Assembly: GCF_035084215.1 (NCBI RefSeq)
Contig: NC_090325.1
Span: forward strand, 117,738,001-117,802,000
Length of the DNA: 64,000 bases
Direction of reading: 5' to 3'
DNA from: Heptranchias perlo
Lineage: Eukaryota
Shown: positions 1 through 13,435 of the stretch, piece after piece
How the letters are laid out: each line of letters begins with the position of its first letter
Numbering within the stretch: position 1 is the first letter of the stretch
The notes under the pieces: model-generated
The model's database searches: none
Told to the model about the DNA's origin: nothing
What the model saw: only the letters and a program-made list of their open reading frames with translations
Translations under genes and position numbers: made by a program

Positions 1-57
1 GTGTTGTAAAATTGTTTACAATTGTCAACCCCAGTCCATCACCGGCATCTCCACATC
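1..57 (+). mobile_element. 3' terminus of a Penelope-like element, cut by the window edge
   Basis: GTGTTGTAAAATTGTTTACAATTGTCAACCCCAGTCCATCACCGGCATCTCCACATC nearly matches 35352-35408 and the end of the GIY-YIG element at 30303-30359. Confidence 0.8.
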
Positions 58-189
58 TTGATATAGCAAGCTAGTGTTTTGTGTGTGTATTCTAAGGCGC
101 TGTTCCCAAAGGCTATGACCAAAAATGAGTTATCTGCTCTGTGGGGCTAATTGCACATGCCAAAGGCATGTTGTTCTCATTCTTCCTGC

Positions 190-855
190 AAGGCAGGTTA
201 ATAAAGCTATAAAAAGGCCAATCAAGCACTAGGGTTCATTTCTAGAGGGATAGAATTGAAAAGCAGAGAAGTTATGATAAACTTGTGCAGAACCTTGGTT
301 AGACCACACTTGGAATACTGTGTACAGTTCTGGTCTCCATATTGTAGAAAGGATGTAGAGACAATGGAGAGGGTGCAAAAAAGAAACACAAGGATGATAC
401 TAGAACTGAGAGGATATCCTCATCAGGAAAGGCTGAACAGGCTGGGGGTCTTTTCTCTAGAAAAGAGAAGGCTGAGGGTTGACCTAATAGAGATCTTTAA
501 GATAATAGGGTTTTATAGGGTAGCCATAGAGAAAATGTTTCCACTTGTGGGGGAGTCCAAAACTAGAGGTCATAAATATAAAATAGTCGCTAATAAAACC
601 AATAGGGAATTCAGGAGAAACTTCTTTACCAAAAGAGTGATAAGAATGTGGAAGGTGCTACCACAAGGAGTAGTTGAGGCAAATAGTATAAATGAATTTA
701 AGGGGAAGCTAGATAAGCACATGGGGGAGAAAGGAATAGAAGGATATCCTGATAGGGTTAGATGAAGTATGGGGGAGGAGGCTCGAGTGGAGCATAAATG
801 CCAGCATAGACCATTTGGGCCGAATAACCAGTTTCTGTGCAGTAGTTTAGATGTA
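190..855 (+). mobile_element. CR1 LINE 3' fragment (ORF2 C-terminus and 3'UTR)
   Basis: ORF 256-765 has LVRPHLEYCVQFWSP, TRGH and RRNFFTKRV..W, typical of the CR1 ORF2 C-terminus. Confidence 0.9.
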
Positions 856-874
856 ACTCGATTCCTACTGTTCC

Positions 875-1031
875 TAGGGTTGACAACTCTGGTTGGAGGC
901 ATTCCCCGAGGTTTGACATCTGATCACGATCTGCTATGATGAAAAATTTAAAGGGCAAAGTTCTCCTGGGCTGCCAACAACAGTGCCTAGGAGATTCATG
1001 CCCCATTCCAGGAGACTGCCAGACAACCATA
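875..1031. mobile_element. hAT-type non-autonomous DNA transposon (MITE)
   Basis: Ends TAGGGTTGAC...GACAACCATA are imperfect inverted repeats. Flanks ACTGTTCC (867-874) and ACTGTTTC (1032-1039) match 7/8, fitting the 8-bp TSD of hAT elements. Confidence 0.65.
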
Positions 1032-3799
1032 ACTGTTTCTCCCCCTCGTCTCTCACCACCCACGCCGAGAACGTATCTGACCTCTTTCACTAGACCTGTC
1101 CTCACAGTACAGCTGAGTTTAGAATACAACATCTTACTGGAAATCCCCTATGTCCAGATGAAGCAGGCTATTTTCAGTTTGAAGGTTCACATTCTTGCAG
1201 GACCTACTTTTATTTTAAAATCTTTCTGAAACATTTTTTCTACCAAACTTTTTTTTCTTTTAGGCCATAGAAAAAACGAGGTAGTAAAGAAAAGTGTTAT
1301 TCCATATAGAGGGTTTTTTTTTAGGGTGTAGTTATATTGGCACTGTTTTGTTGCAAAACGGGTCCTAACTTGATTCAGGAGTGCTGTGAAACCCTCTGGG
1401 TAGGCTGTGTTAAATCACTTTGGTTTGACTGCATGGAGTGCTGCTTTGAGCTAATTTTTAAAAAAAATGTTCAGGTTTTTAAAGAACCTGCAGGATGCTT
1501 TATTAACTTGCGCAGAGCTTAGTTAAATATTTTGAGAAGGTGGACGGCACTCCCATCCATGCTCCCATTATATTTAAAATTTATCAGCAAAGAATGGAGT
1601 TCTGCACATGCTTGTAAGTACTCATGCTCAGAGCTCTGTCCTGGCTAGGAAACCTGTATTTATAGTCTAGTAGTACAAGCTAGGTACTGCAAAGCATGAC
1701 TCAGTGTTGTAGCTACTGATCTGAGATTGGTGCACATAATTGTAAATGCAGTTTTATATTGTTTGTTAGTGAAGGATGCTATACACAATGTGTTAGACAT
1801 TTTAGCATATTTGGATTTTAGTGAGAGCACTGCTAAGATCAGATTTGATATTTGATTTGTGATTTTTTTTGTTACAAGTTTGTGTACAGTAAACTATTTT
1901 GTATGATTTAAGTAAAATATCTTTGTAGTCATTCACTGTTTTGCTACAAAAATACAATGAAGTCATCAGCTTTACTTGAAAGGTACACTAATGTTAGTTT
2001 CTTGTCTGGTACACAATTAACCTTCTGATTGCAGAGAATTGGGGTGTTTTAGTTTATGCTTTTCTGGTTTATTGTAAATCATAGTACTTAAACTTTCCAT
2101 TTTTTTTTACTCACACGTAACTCAGTAGAGCCTAAGCTTATATGTCAGAGAATTATAATGGTTTTGGAAAACTTCATGTGTATACTACACAATCTGCAGT
2201 TTTGCCCACAAAAAAAATAGACTGTAAACACTACAGTAAGCACTGGCATAATTTATCAGTGATGGGGAACTGGAAGTCAGCATGGTGGAACAGCAACATA
2301 CTATGCCACAGAGCATGCTGATTCATGCTCATGATTTCCTTCACAATGACTTCTGGCTGCGGCTTTATTGTCATGGGGCAATGCTGAATCGTGCTTTCCA
2401 TTGGGAGGGAAAATCAAAAGGAAACCTCTCTCCCAGGCTATATTCTTGCAGTATCTAGTACCAAATATAGAGCAGCATTGGCAGTGGTTGTAAAGAAAGT
2501 CACCTGCCTGTCCCCTCAGCTGGGGACAGTGTATGGTACAGGGAACCAAAAGGGATTTTTAAAAAAATGTTTTTTTAGTGTTTTTGTGGGATATATGACA
2601 AGTCTAGTGGGAAGTCAGCCCAGTTTACCACTCGTATTACAGTTCCTGGGATGCAGTGGTGCAATATTATAAAATGCTATTTTAATTTTGATCCCATTTT
2701 CCTGTTAATTGGAATACTGTCTCTCAGGAGCAGGAAGGATTGTCTGACAAAAAAAAATGCTTGTATTGTAACACATCTGAGGATTCCCTCTTTCCGTTAT
2801 TCTTTTTCATTCCAAGAATTGATAGATTGCAAAAGCATGAATTGTCCATAATAGGATATTCCTCTTCTCAATGACCTCTTATTTGGAGGAAACTGTTGTC
2901 TCCTGAGAAGTGCTGTCATGTACTCTATATAACCTTTGTGATTATATTGGTCATAATGGGATTTTGAGAAAGAAAACTCTTAATTCCAGAATTGATTCTA
3001 CTGTGCATATTCTGATCAAGTTCCCAGTTTCAACATTAGTGCTGACTTAAGATGTGTACTTTCCCAAAGATCACCATTCTTTCCTTTGGAACCTTTAAAT
3101 GAAAACTGTTGTACTCTTGCACACTATAACTACATCAAGCGCAGTGTGCACATATCTTGATTTCAGGGTTGTCTTTGAAGTTAAATATAGGTGGTGACAC
3201 CATTATTTAAGTTCAAAACTTCACAAAGAACTTTAGTCTTAAAATGTTATGTGCAACATTGAGCAATTGTGTGACAGGGTTGTTCAGCAACTTTTATTGG
3301 GATTGGAGGGGGGGAGGAACGGATGGACAACAGTGACTAGTGTTGTGCCAGATTGTGAATGTTACACGATCAAATAACATGATTTGAATTGAAATTCTAT
3401 TGTGCCACATCATTTGCACTGCGGCGGTGCAGTATTTTGTATCGTAGCATTGTTCTATGCTCTGTATGCATTTTAACCTGGTAACTTGGAATGCTAGAGC
3501 TTTCAAAGTTGTGGTACATTGTAGTGTTGACTCTGGTTATCTGATCACATGATCCGAAAACTGCAAAAACATTTTGTGTTGTGGTATTCCCCTGTGCCAG
3601 TTAATAGGAAATATGAGAGTCGCGCAAGAGTAGTTTGAAAGACTTGCTATTTGCCTGTGTCTAGGATCTTATTTATTGATCAATAAATCAATGTTGATTC
3701 AAATAACCAATTGTTCGATAAATTCTATTAAAAAGGAGAGAACGTTGTGAATAGAGGGAGTACAAACTGGCATACTTTTAAAAAAAACTGCAGAAAAGG

Positions 3800-3900
3800 T
3801 CTGACAAAAGGTTATCGACCTGAAACGTTAACTCTGTTCTCTCTCCACAGATGCTGCCTCACCTGCTGAGTATTTCCAGCATTTTCTGATTTTATTTCAG
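3800..3900 (+). mobile_element. Short Penelope-derived terminal repeat fragment (second family) with decayed hammerhead core
   Basis: CTGACAA-AAGGTTATCGACCT-GAAACGTT followed by CAGATGCTGCC..CCTGCTGAGTATTTCCAGCATTTTCTG. Related reverse copies lie at ~8325-8430, ~14480-14555, ~15810-15865 and ~60755-60925. Confidence 0.6.
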
Positions 3901-4989
3901 ACTTAAAAATGTCATGCCTTCAGGGACTGGCAGTGGTTGTTTCTGAATTGATTGGGTATTTCAGAACGCGACTTAGTTTATGTTAGATATTTATGAGCAT
4001 CACAGAAATAAAATGGTAGGGTAAGTTTTAAATCCCTCAAATCTTCATATTACTGGAAGATTTGGTCCAGTTTGTATTCTTGTGATTTCAAAAACTCACT
4101 GCCAAAGCAAAGTCAGGAGCACAAGAGAAAATGCAGTGGAGTAAATCTGTATGCAGGAGGTCAGTTTAGACCCAAGGATTGCAAGAAAAAAGCTTGTGCA
4201 GAATAAGATCTGTAAGATTACTTGGTCCTTGCTACAAGCAAAAAAAATCTGTAACCAGGTAACCATATTATTTGACAGTAGCATGGACATGAATTATGTG
4301 TGGATTTGAATGTGCTGTAGTCTGGCAATGTCTATGGTTCAAAATAGCAGAAGTGCCAATTTTTGCGGATGTGGGGGTTGTATGTCATTCATTGCTGAGT
4401 TTTGATTTAAGAATTGTTGCATAACTTGCGAAAGATGAGGTTTAGTCCATTTCTAGAGTACACAAACTTTTAAAATGAATCTTCTTTGAAAAATGTATCA
4501 TGTTATCATTTAATCTTCTTACAATTAACACATTAGCTCTGCAGCATGTACAAGAATCAATCAATTTTGGTGGCGTTTACATTGTTCTGTTTTCTAATTA
4601 CAGTTTTATGATTGCTGTTCGCCTTTTATAAATGTAAAATAGCCTTAAAGAGAGTCTCACTATCAAGACCTCTTTAAAAGTGAAACTTCTGCAAAGCATT
4701 ATGACTAATACTAGCGCTCTTTTTCTTTGTTTCACCCATTTGCTTTAACATACAACATGACTTTGACGGTATTGGTTTCGAGAATTTATTGAGCTAACCA
4801 TGCAAGGAAGATAAATTAACACATTTTAGTTGGCGTTGATGCACTTTTAAGTTAATGACCATCTTTACTAATGTTAACTCAGTTCCCAAGTACTAATACA
4901 GGCTCGTGACCTGAGGTTAGCATTCACTATTTAAAGAAAAATATCTTTATAAAAAACACAGCATAAACTGATGGGATAAAATGGGTATT

Positions 4990-5061
4990 TCAGCCATGAT
5001 GTTATTGAATGGCGAAGCAGGCTCGAGGGGCCGATTGGCCTACTCCTGCTCCTATTTCTTA
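4990..5061 (+). mobile_element. CR1 3'UTR terminal fragment
   Basis: Nearly identical to 33554-33624, the 3' end of the young CR1. Confidence 0.8.
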
Positions 5062-5946
5062 TTAGTGGTACCATCATTCAACCAGTACCAGGATGTTATG
5101 ACCATACAATGTAGACTTCACTGTCACACTAAAAATTAATCATGCCTGGTATGAATCATGTGAAATCATGACCTACTTTTGCTTCAGCTGAAACATCATT
5201 ACACTCTCATGACCAATCTGCTGCCAGGCTGCCAACCTTTGCTGTCTACACTTTCCGATCTCCTAACTCATCAGCTCCATAGCTATGTTGTGCACCACTA
5301 AAATTTCAGTAATGAAATCTTGTACAGATTACAGAAAACTAGCAAATCTGCTGCGGTACTGTTAATAATCTTTTTTTAGAAATTGAATTGAATGCACATC
5401 TACAGCTAATGACCTTGTGCGTTCATAAGGTTGCTTTTGAAATCAACTGGCAGGGTTTTCTAGACATAGGCCTTTCGGATACCTCAAAGGTCAGACATGA
5501 ACCTGCAATTTGAGCAGTAATTTTACTTTAAAATGTCACTGACCTCAATAATAGGGATTTGATGACTGCTTCTTGAAGTTTAATAATGGATTGTAATGGT
5601 GCCTATACCTGCACCACCCATTGCTATTAGTCGATACTCTGCCAGATCTCCAATTTCATTGATTCACAGCATTATCACTAAAACATATTGTTCCAGTAAG
5701 GAAGCTGAGATGAGTTCAATGGTCAACAGTATTGTCAATGAAATGCATTGGACTAATCAGTAAGTGCATAATTGATGCATGGCCACAAAAAATTGTATGT
5801 GTGTATAATATGTATATAATATGAGAGAGAGAATAATGGGCAACTGTGAGTGATTGCAAACAAATGTGTTCTCAAGGGGTTTGGGTAACATCATAAACCA
5901 GGAGAGTGAAGCTTAAGCAGTTGGTCATCAGGCTCCCAAGGGACTT

Positions 5947-6002
5947 TAAAAAAAAATTCATTCATGGGATGTGGGCATCGCTGGCAAAGCCAGCATTTAT
6001 TC
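5947..6002 (-). mobile_element. 3' terminal fragment of the tRNA-headed LINE family or of a SINE sharing its tail
   Basis: Reverse complement matches AATAAATGCTGGC...CCAGCGATGCCCACATCCCATGAA at 38549-38590. Confidence 0.75.
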
Positions 6003-6929
6003 CACATATCCACTATAATATTCTTGAGACTTGCTGCTTTTTTCCCTCACCAATCCTGGATTTTAACCTTTCCTCCCAATGGAGAAGCTAGCATTTTATT
6101 GAAGTGCACTCCACTACCACCATCTCTTAGAGACCAACACGGAAAGCAATTTTTAAAAAAAAGAAAATCACCGCAATTTTAAAAAATTCTCACTGTTGTG
6201 GTTTATATAATCAATTGACACCTCTGTTGTATTATATGCTTGTAGTATGCTCCTTGTTTATATGTAAAAACAAAGCAAAAATGAGGAAATTCAATGGACT
6301 ACTTTAGGGAACTTTTTAAATTAACAAATACTTACTTGCTCAGGAGAAAAAGTTCAAGTATTATATGCCCAAGGTCCTGTTTTTAATATTTGTGCAAAAC
6401 TATAGCAATAAAATTCTAAGAGCGCCCCAGATAAAGCCATGTGATTTAAGTGTAGAGTTCAATGTATCAAACCAGTTTCTGTTCTGAAAGGTGAAAATCC
6501 TCTGCAGGAGTTGATGGAGAGGGAGTTTGGAGGGATTAGACTCCCTTCAACAATTGCTGTAGGGCTGAATCTGAATCCTCCTTTCCTAGTCAGGGACAAT
6601 GTTGTGGCATCTAAGGCTGCCCAGGAAAAGAGTGCAGTAATTTTTATTATTGGGTTTCATGGAAAGGTGGAGTTGCAGGGGTGAAGTTGGAATTATATTA
6701 AAAGTTCGCCTCGCATTTTATATCATTGAAGTACTTTTGGGCTGAATGTCAGCTTCTATTTATAATGTTGATTTTATAAATAGTGGCTGGTTTTAAAATC
6801 TAACATTTTATTCACAAAAAAATTGTGTTCTGACTGTAATCTGTATATTGTCAGATTCCATCTAAATACAACATAATGTTTCAGAAGCCTGACCACACTT
6901 TGTGGGCAGTGTGTTACTGTTTAATCTTG

Positions 6930-7003
6930 CTTTTTGATTATGCCTCTGAAGCGCTCTGGGACATTTTTCAACATTAAAGATGCTATGTAAATGAAGTTGT
7001 TGC
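6930..7003 (+). mobile_element. L2/SINE 3' tail fragment
   Basis: TGAAGCGCTCTGGGACATTTT...AAAGATGCTATGTAAATGAAGTTGTTG resembles the L2 end at 49490-49552. Confidence 0.6.
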
Positions 7004-8324
7004 AGTACTGTAGCAATTCAATGGTATTTTCAAATCATTCATCTGTTTGGCTACATAGAAGAATAATCTTACTAGCTTATCTCTGAAAACACAGCCATTA
7101 GGTGTAGCTCAGAATGATCATTGTTACCAGTATGAAGAATGCATTTTTACGATTCCCCCAGCCAATAAGATATGCCAAAATGCATGCTGTGATGGGGGAC
7201 TGTTTTAGCTATAGGATTTTGTTTACTGCCTTGTTCACAAGTATATAATGAGCACAGATGTACTTTTTAGTTGAGTTGATCACAGTGGTTACTGAGTTGC
7301 TGTCTTGACTGCAACGTCACTTGTTGGTCTGGCTTAAAAGACATCAGGTATTGATGATCCTTTGCAGAAATATGAATCCTGCACATTGCAGAGTTAGGTA
7401 CAAGTTTTTATCTAAATATATCCAGGATAAGTAGCTTATGTAGACCTGTGCACTCAAACATTAGATGAAAATTGTATTTCTTTCTATCCTGTGAAATATG
7501 CTAGAGTATTAAATCCTTCCCCGTGAATTATACATTCTGTTGTATTCATTATCTTTTTAAAGATAAAATTGAACCAGATTCTTTTTTGTATACTGCAGCG
7601 TGTGTTTTAAGGTTATTTTGTACATCCCACATATTTGAAAGATAATCAGCATTGCAGATTGCAAGCTATCTGCTGAAAAACTTTGCAGCCGAAACACTTG
7701 ATTAAATTAGTACAGCAGGTGATTTTTTCAAAAGAAGATGCTACTTGTTTGTTCATGAGAAATGAAGGTTCTGCTGAAAATCAACTTTAAGTTAACTGAG
7801 CAGTCTCAATATTTTCTGAAGTAGAGCAGTAATCATATGTTTTTACAGCAGTGAATCAAACTATGGAATAATGCTGGACTTGATCCAGTAGTTCAGGATC
7901 TTCCTAACACTAATCACTTACTATTGATTATGAGAAAGCTTTCAATGTGCATTTCTGTGCTTTGTTGCTCAATTATTTATTATGTTTCATCAAAGTCAAA
8001 AATATCTGCCACTTTATTACATACTCCCAGATGCAAAGTGTTCTGTGCTTTATTGGAGGGTGTTGCTGAGCACATTTGATCCTTGGAACATTTTTTTCCA
8101 TTAATTTCTATGGCATTAAATTTTGTTAAGGAAACTTATGGGAAGCAACATAGTGCACCCAAGTGAGCTTGTTCCTTTTTATCTTGCACCAGTAATCACC
8201 TGTTAACGACCCAGTATAGCAAAAACACCTGAAAATAGTTATACGGTAGTGTAGTCTTGTAGGTGGGGGAAAAAGTTAGTGTCATCCAGTAGTTGGGACA
8301 GTAATGGCTGGCAGTCATCTATTC

Positions 8325-9030
8325 AATAAATCTAAACACAGAAAATGCTGGAAATATACAGCAGTTTCGTCAGCATCTGAAGAGAGAAAAGACAGGATAA
8401 AGTTTCAGCTGGAAAACTTTCATCGGAACTGAAAAAGGAAGCCCTATTATAAGAGTGGCCAAAACAAAGCTGGGAGGGAAGAATGGGTAAAGGTCACTAA
8501 TACAAAAATGATAATTTGTCTTATCTGCTCTGATCACTTCACTTTCTGCACCAAAAGTTCTGAAACATCCTTTTTTTTCCTCTACAAATATTTTCCTTCT
8601 TGACCGAGAGGGCCCATGATTGCTTCTGCCCTGGTTCCTGTCTTTCTGATTTCATTCCTTCACCATTCTTTCACAATGAAGTGACCCTCTTGTCCTCACC
8701 TTTCATTTCACTAGCATCTGCCAGATCGTCTTCCAACATTTTTGTCATCGACAAAGCACATCTACTCCTCTCCTCGCTTTCTGGAGGGACTATTGGCTCG
8801 GTGACAATCTTGTCCATTTTTCCATCACCTCCCATTATCTGCTGCTCTTCTCCAGACACTTTGCGACTTTAGCAGGTGGAACACCTATCCACCATTTGCT
8901 TCTTCCCACACCATTGTCTGGGACCCCAGAAACACTTGTATGAAACAGCAATTTATATTAATTTTTCTTTAATCTTGTATGCTGTGTTTTCTGTTTAGGG
9001 TGCAGTTTCCTCTATATTGGTCAGTCCTTG
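8325..9030. mobile_element. Old Penelope-like remnant: inverted terminal fragment plus decayed GIY-YIG coding sequence
   Basis: 8971-9024 (+) translates NLVCCVFCLGCSFLYIGQ, compared with NVVYLIRCRKGCPGSWYIGE in the 28-30 kb element. 8325-8430 is a reverse copy of the 3800-3900 repeat. Confidence 0.55.
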
Positions 9031-9355
9031 GTATCTTTGCCACGTGACCATTTTCCTACTATAAGCATACACCATGAGTGTTGGTAGGCTATTTAACCAT
9101 GCCAGACATTACCGCACAGTTTCATCTTTTACTCCCTTGATGGCCACACTTCACTCCAGGAGTGGGGTCTCTGTGTTGATCAAAAGTGGGAATTTTTGCC
9201 AGTATTTTCTTTGCTGACCTAGGGATCAATTGTTGTACTGCAAACTACGTAAATGTGGGAGTGAAATGGAAGAAGAAATCTTTAGACAGTTCAAGGATAT
9301 GAGTAGGAATAACAAAATTATTGTTCTGGGAGACTTAGATTATCCATTCATTGAT

Positions 9356-10613
9356 TCATAGAATCATAGAAGTTACAACATGGAAACAGGCCCTTCGGCC
9401 CAACATGTCCATGTCGCCCAGTTTATACCACTAAGCTAGTCCCAATTGCCTGCACTTGGCCCATATCCCTCTATACCCATCTTACCCATGTAACTGTCCA
9501 AATGCTTTTTAAAAGACAAAATTGTACCCGCCTCTACTACTGCCTCTGGCAGCTCGTTCCAGACACTCACCACCCTTTGAGTGAAAAAATTGCCCCTCTG
9601 GACCCTTTTGTATCTCTCCCCTCTCACCTTAAATCTATGCCCCCTCGTTATAGACTTCCTTACCTTTGGGAAAAGATTTTGACTATCTACCTTATCTGTG
9701 CCCCTCATTTATTTTATAGACTTCTGTAAGATCACCCGTTAACCTCCTACTCTCCAGGAAAAAAAGTCCCAGTCTGCCTAACCTCTCCCTATAAGTCAAA
9801 CCATCAAGTCCCGGTAGCATCCTAGTAAATCTTTTCTGCACTCTTTCTAGTTTAATAATATCCTTTCTATAATAGGGTGACCAGAACTGTACACAGTATT
9901 CCAAGTGTGGCCTTACCAATGCCCTGTACAACTTCAACAAGACATCCCAACTCCTGCATTCAATGTTCTGACCAATGAAACCAAGCATGCCGAATGCCTT
10001 CTTCACCACCCTATCCACATGTGACTCCACTTTCAAGGAGCTATGAATCTGTACTCCCAGATCTCTTTGTTCTATAACTCTCCCCAACGCCCTACCATTA
10101 ACGGAGTAGGTCCTGGCCCGATTCGATCTACCAAAATGCATCACCTCACATTTATCTAAATTAAACTCCATCTGCCATTCATCGGCCCACTGGCCCAATT
10201 TATCAAGATCCCGTTGCAATCCTAGATAACCTCCTTCACTGTCCACAATGCCACCAATCTTGGTGTCATGTGCAAACTTACTAACCATGCCTCCTAAATT
10301 CTCATCCAAATCATTAATATAAATAACAAATAACAGCGGACCCAGCACCGATCCCTGAGGCACACCGCTGGACACAGGCCTCCAGTTTGAAAAACAACCC
10401 TCTACAACCACCCTCTGTCTTCTGTCGTCAAGCCAATTTTGTATCCAATTGACTACCTCACCTTGGATCCCATGAGATTTAACCTTATATAACAACCTAC
10501 CATGCGGTACCTTGTCAAATGCTTTGCTGAAGTCCATGTAGACCACGTCTACTGCACAGCCCTCATCTATCTTCTTGGTTACCCCTTCAAAAAACTCAAT
10601 CAAATTCGTGAGA
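9356..10613 (-). mobile_element. CR1 LINE, 5'-truncated, relatively young
   Basis: ORF 9692-10603 has RT motifs [21 protein letters not shown] and FAHD (for FADD). A frameshifted C-terminus lies at 9436-9708, and the short tandem tail reads CATAGAATCATAGAA on +. Confidence 0.95.
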
Positions 10614-11004
10614 TTCGGTCAGAGAGTAAAGGGAAATGGAATTCCTAAAATGTGTGCAGGACTTCTTTCCTGTGCGTTACGTTCATATGCCTACAAGGGT
10701 TGGGCTAAATGGCCTGTTGGAATTTTATGCAATTTTCTAATAGGATTTATAGAGAAGAATGCTTTACACTAAAAATAATCATTCTCTCCTCATCTGAATA
10801 CTGTTTAGTATTTTAAGAACTGTAATTTTATAAAAATGCAAAAAGGCCATTGAGCCTATCACACTCACTCCATTTTGAGATCGTATTTTAGGTCTTGATC
10901 TCCATTTTTCTTTTCATTCTTGCCTCGTCCTGATGCTTCCTGTTGAATTGGCAATTGGTTTTATTCCTTTTTTGAATGCTTCACTTGAGCTGGTATTTAC
11001 TACA

Positions 11005-11771
11005 TCAACAACAACTAGCATTTATATAGTGCCTTTAATGTAGTAAAACGTCTCAAAGCGCTTCACAGGAGCGATTATCAACAAAATTTGACACCGAGCC
11101 ACAAGGAGATACTAGGAGAGGTGACCGAAAGCTCGATAAAGAAATAGGTTTTAAGGAGCATCTTAAAGGAAGATACAAAGGCAGAGGGAATTCCAGAGCT
11201 TAGGGCCTAGACAGCTGAAGACAGAGCTGCCAGTGGCGGAGCGGGTATGCGCAAGAGGCAAGAATTGGAGGAGCGCAGAGATCGCTGAGGTTTGTAGGGC
11301 TGGAGGAGGTTACAGAGATAGGTGGGGCGAGGCCATGGAGGGATTTGAAAACAAGGATGAGAATTTTAAAATCGAATTATTCCCGGACCAGGAGCCAATG
11401 TCGGTCAGCGAGCGCAGGGTTGAGGGGTGAACGGTGCGAGTTAGGATACGGGCAGCATAGTTTTGGATGAGCTCAAGCTTATGGAGGGTAGGAAGCCGAC
11501 CAGGAGACCATTGGAATAATCACGTCTAGAGGTAACAAAAGCAAGGATGAAGGTTTCGGCAGCAGACTAGATGAGACTGGGGCGGAGGCGGAGTAGATAT
11601 GTGGTCGGAAGCTCATCTCGGGGGTCAAATAGGATGCCAAGATTGCGAACGGTCTGGTTCAGCCTCAGACAGTGGCCAGGGAGAGGGATAGAGCTGATGG
11701 CTGGAGAACGAAGACAATGGCTTCGGTCTTACCAATGTTTAATTGGAGGAAATTTTTGCTCATCCAGTATT
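11005..11771 (-). mobile_element. L2 LINE 3' part, interrupted by CR1
   Basis: Reverse complement of the L2 at 48700-49552; tail reads CAACAACAACTAGCATTTATATAG on +. Confidence 0.85.
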
Positions 11772-13017
11772 ACATAGAAACATGGAAAATAGGAGCAAGA
11801 GTAGGCCATTCGGCCCTTTGGGCCTGCTCCGCCATTCAAAATGATCATGGCTGATTATCTAACTCAGTACCCTGTTCCTGCTTTTTCCCATATCCCTTGA
11901 TCCCTTTAGCATTAAGAAATATATCTATCTCCTCCTTGAATACATCTAACGACTTGGCCTCCACTGCCTTGTGTGGTAGAGAATTCCACAGGATCACCAC
12001 CCTCTGAGTGAAGAAATTTCTCCTCATCTCTGTTCTAAATGGCATACCCCTTATCCTGAGACTGTGACCCCTGGTTCTGGACTCCCCAGCCGTCGAGAAC
12101 ATCCTCCCTGCATCTGGTCTGTCTAGTCCTGTTGGAATTTTATATGTTTCGATGAGATCACCTCTCATTCTTCTAAACTGTAGTGAATATAGGCCTGGTC
12201 GACCCAATCTCTCCTCATACGTCAGTCCTGCCATCCCAGGAATCAGTCTGGTAAACCTTTGTTGCACTCCCTCCATGGCAAGGACGTCCTTCCTCAGATA
12301 AGGAGACCAAAACTGTACACAATACTCCAGATGTGGTCTCACCAAGGCCCTGTATAACTGCAGTAAGATATCCCTGCTTCTGTACTCAAATCCTCTTGCA
12401 ATGAAGGCCAACATACCATTCATCTTCCTAACTGCTTGCTGCACCTGAGTGCTTGCTTTCAGCAACTGGTGTACAAGGACACCCAGATCTCATTGCACCT
12501 CCCCTTTTCCCAATCTATCACCATTCAGATAATCTGCCTTTCTGTTTTACAACCAAAGTGGATAACCTCACATTTATCCACGTTATACTGCAACTGCCAT
12601 GTTCTTGCCCACTCACTCAACTTGTCTAAATCATATTGGAGCCTCTTTGCATCCTCCTCACAGCTCACATTCCACCCCAGCTTTGTGTCTTCTGCAAACT
12701 TGGAAATGTTACATTAGTTCCCTCATCCAAATCATTGATATATATTATGACTAGCTGGGGCCCAAGCACTGATCCCTGCGGTACCCCACTAATCACTGCC
12801 TGCCACGCGGAAAAAGACCCATTTATTCCTCTTCTGTTTCCTGTTTGTCAACCAATTCTCAATCCATGCCATTATGTTCCCCCCACCCCCCCCCCCACCA
12901 ATCCCATGTGCTTGAATTTTGCACACTAACCTCTTGTATGGGACCTTATCAAAAGCCTTCTGAAAATCCAAATACACCCACCCCCATTGGTTCTCCTCCA
13001 TCTATTCTACTAGTTAC
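11772..13017 (-). mobile_element. CR1 LINE nested in L2
   Basis: ORFs 11845-12465 (LVRPHLEYCVQFWSP) and 12789-13001 (YLDFQKAFDKVP). L2 sequence resumes on both sides. Confidence 0.92.
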
Positions 13018-13435
13018 GATGTTGAATATTGGATAGTGGATGTTAGACAAGCGGTGTATCAAATCAGAGACACTGGACGGGTCAAGGGAGGTGGTGGTAA
13101 GGTAGAGCTGGGTGTCTTCAGTGTACATGTGGAACCTGATGTGTTTTTGGATGATGTCGCCGAAGGGCAGCATGTAGATGAGAAATAGGAGGGGGCTAAG
13201 TATAGATCCTTGGGGAACTCCAGAGGTAACAGGGCAGAAGCAGGAAGAGAAGCCACTACAGGTGAGTCTTTGGCTGCGACTGGATAGATAAGAATGGAAC
13301 CAGGCGAGCGCATTCCCACCCAGCTGGACAACGGAGGAGAGGCAGTGGAGGAGCCGGCTGCAGACAGGTTGAGAAGGATGAAGAGGGATAGTTTACCATG
13401 GTTAGAGTCACCTAGGATGTCATTTGTGACTTTGG
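13018..13435 (-). mobile_element. L2 LINE RT fragment, continuation of 11005-11771
   Basis: ORF 12949-13173 has MLPFGDII..FHMYTEDTQLY, the L2 YADDTQLY motif; homologous to 48290-48710. Confidence 0.85.

Noticed and set aside
1264-1280. Possible microexon after a strong pyrimidine tract
   Set aside because: The donor GTAGTA is weak and there is no other support.
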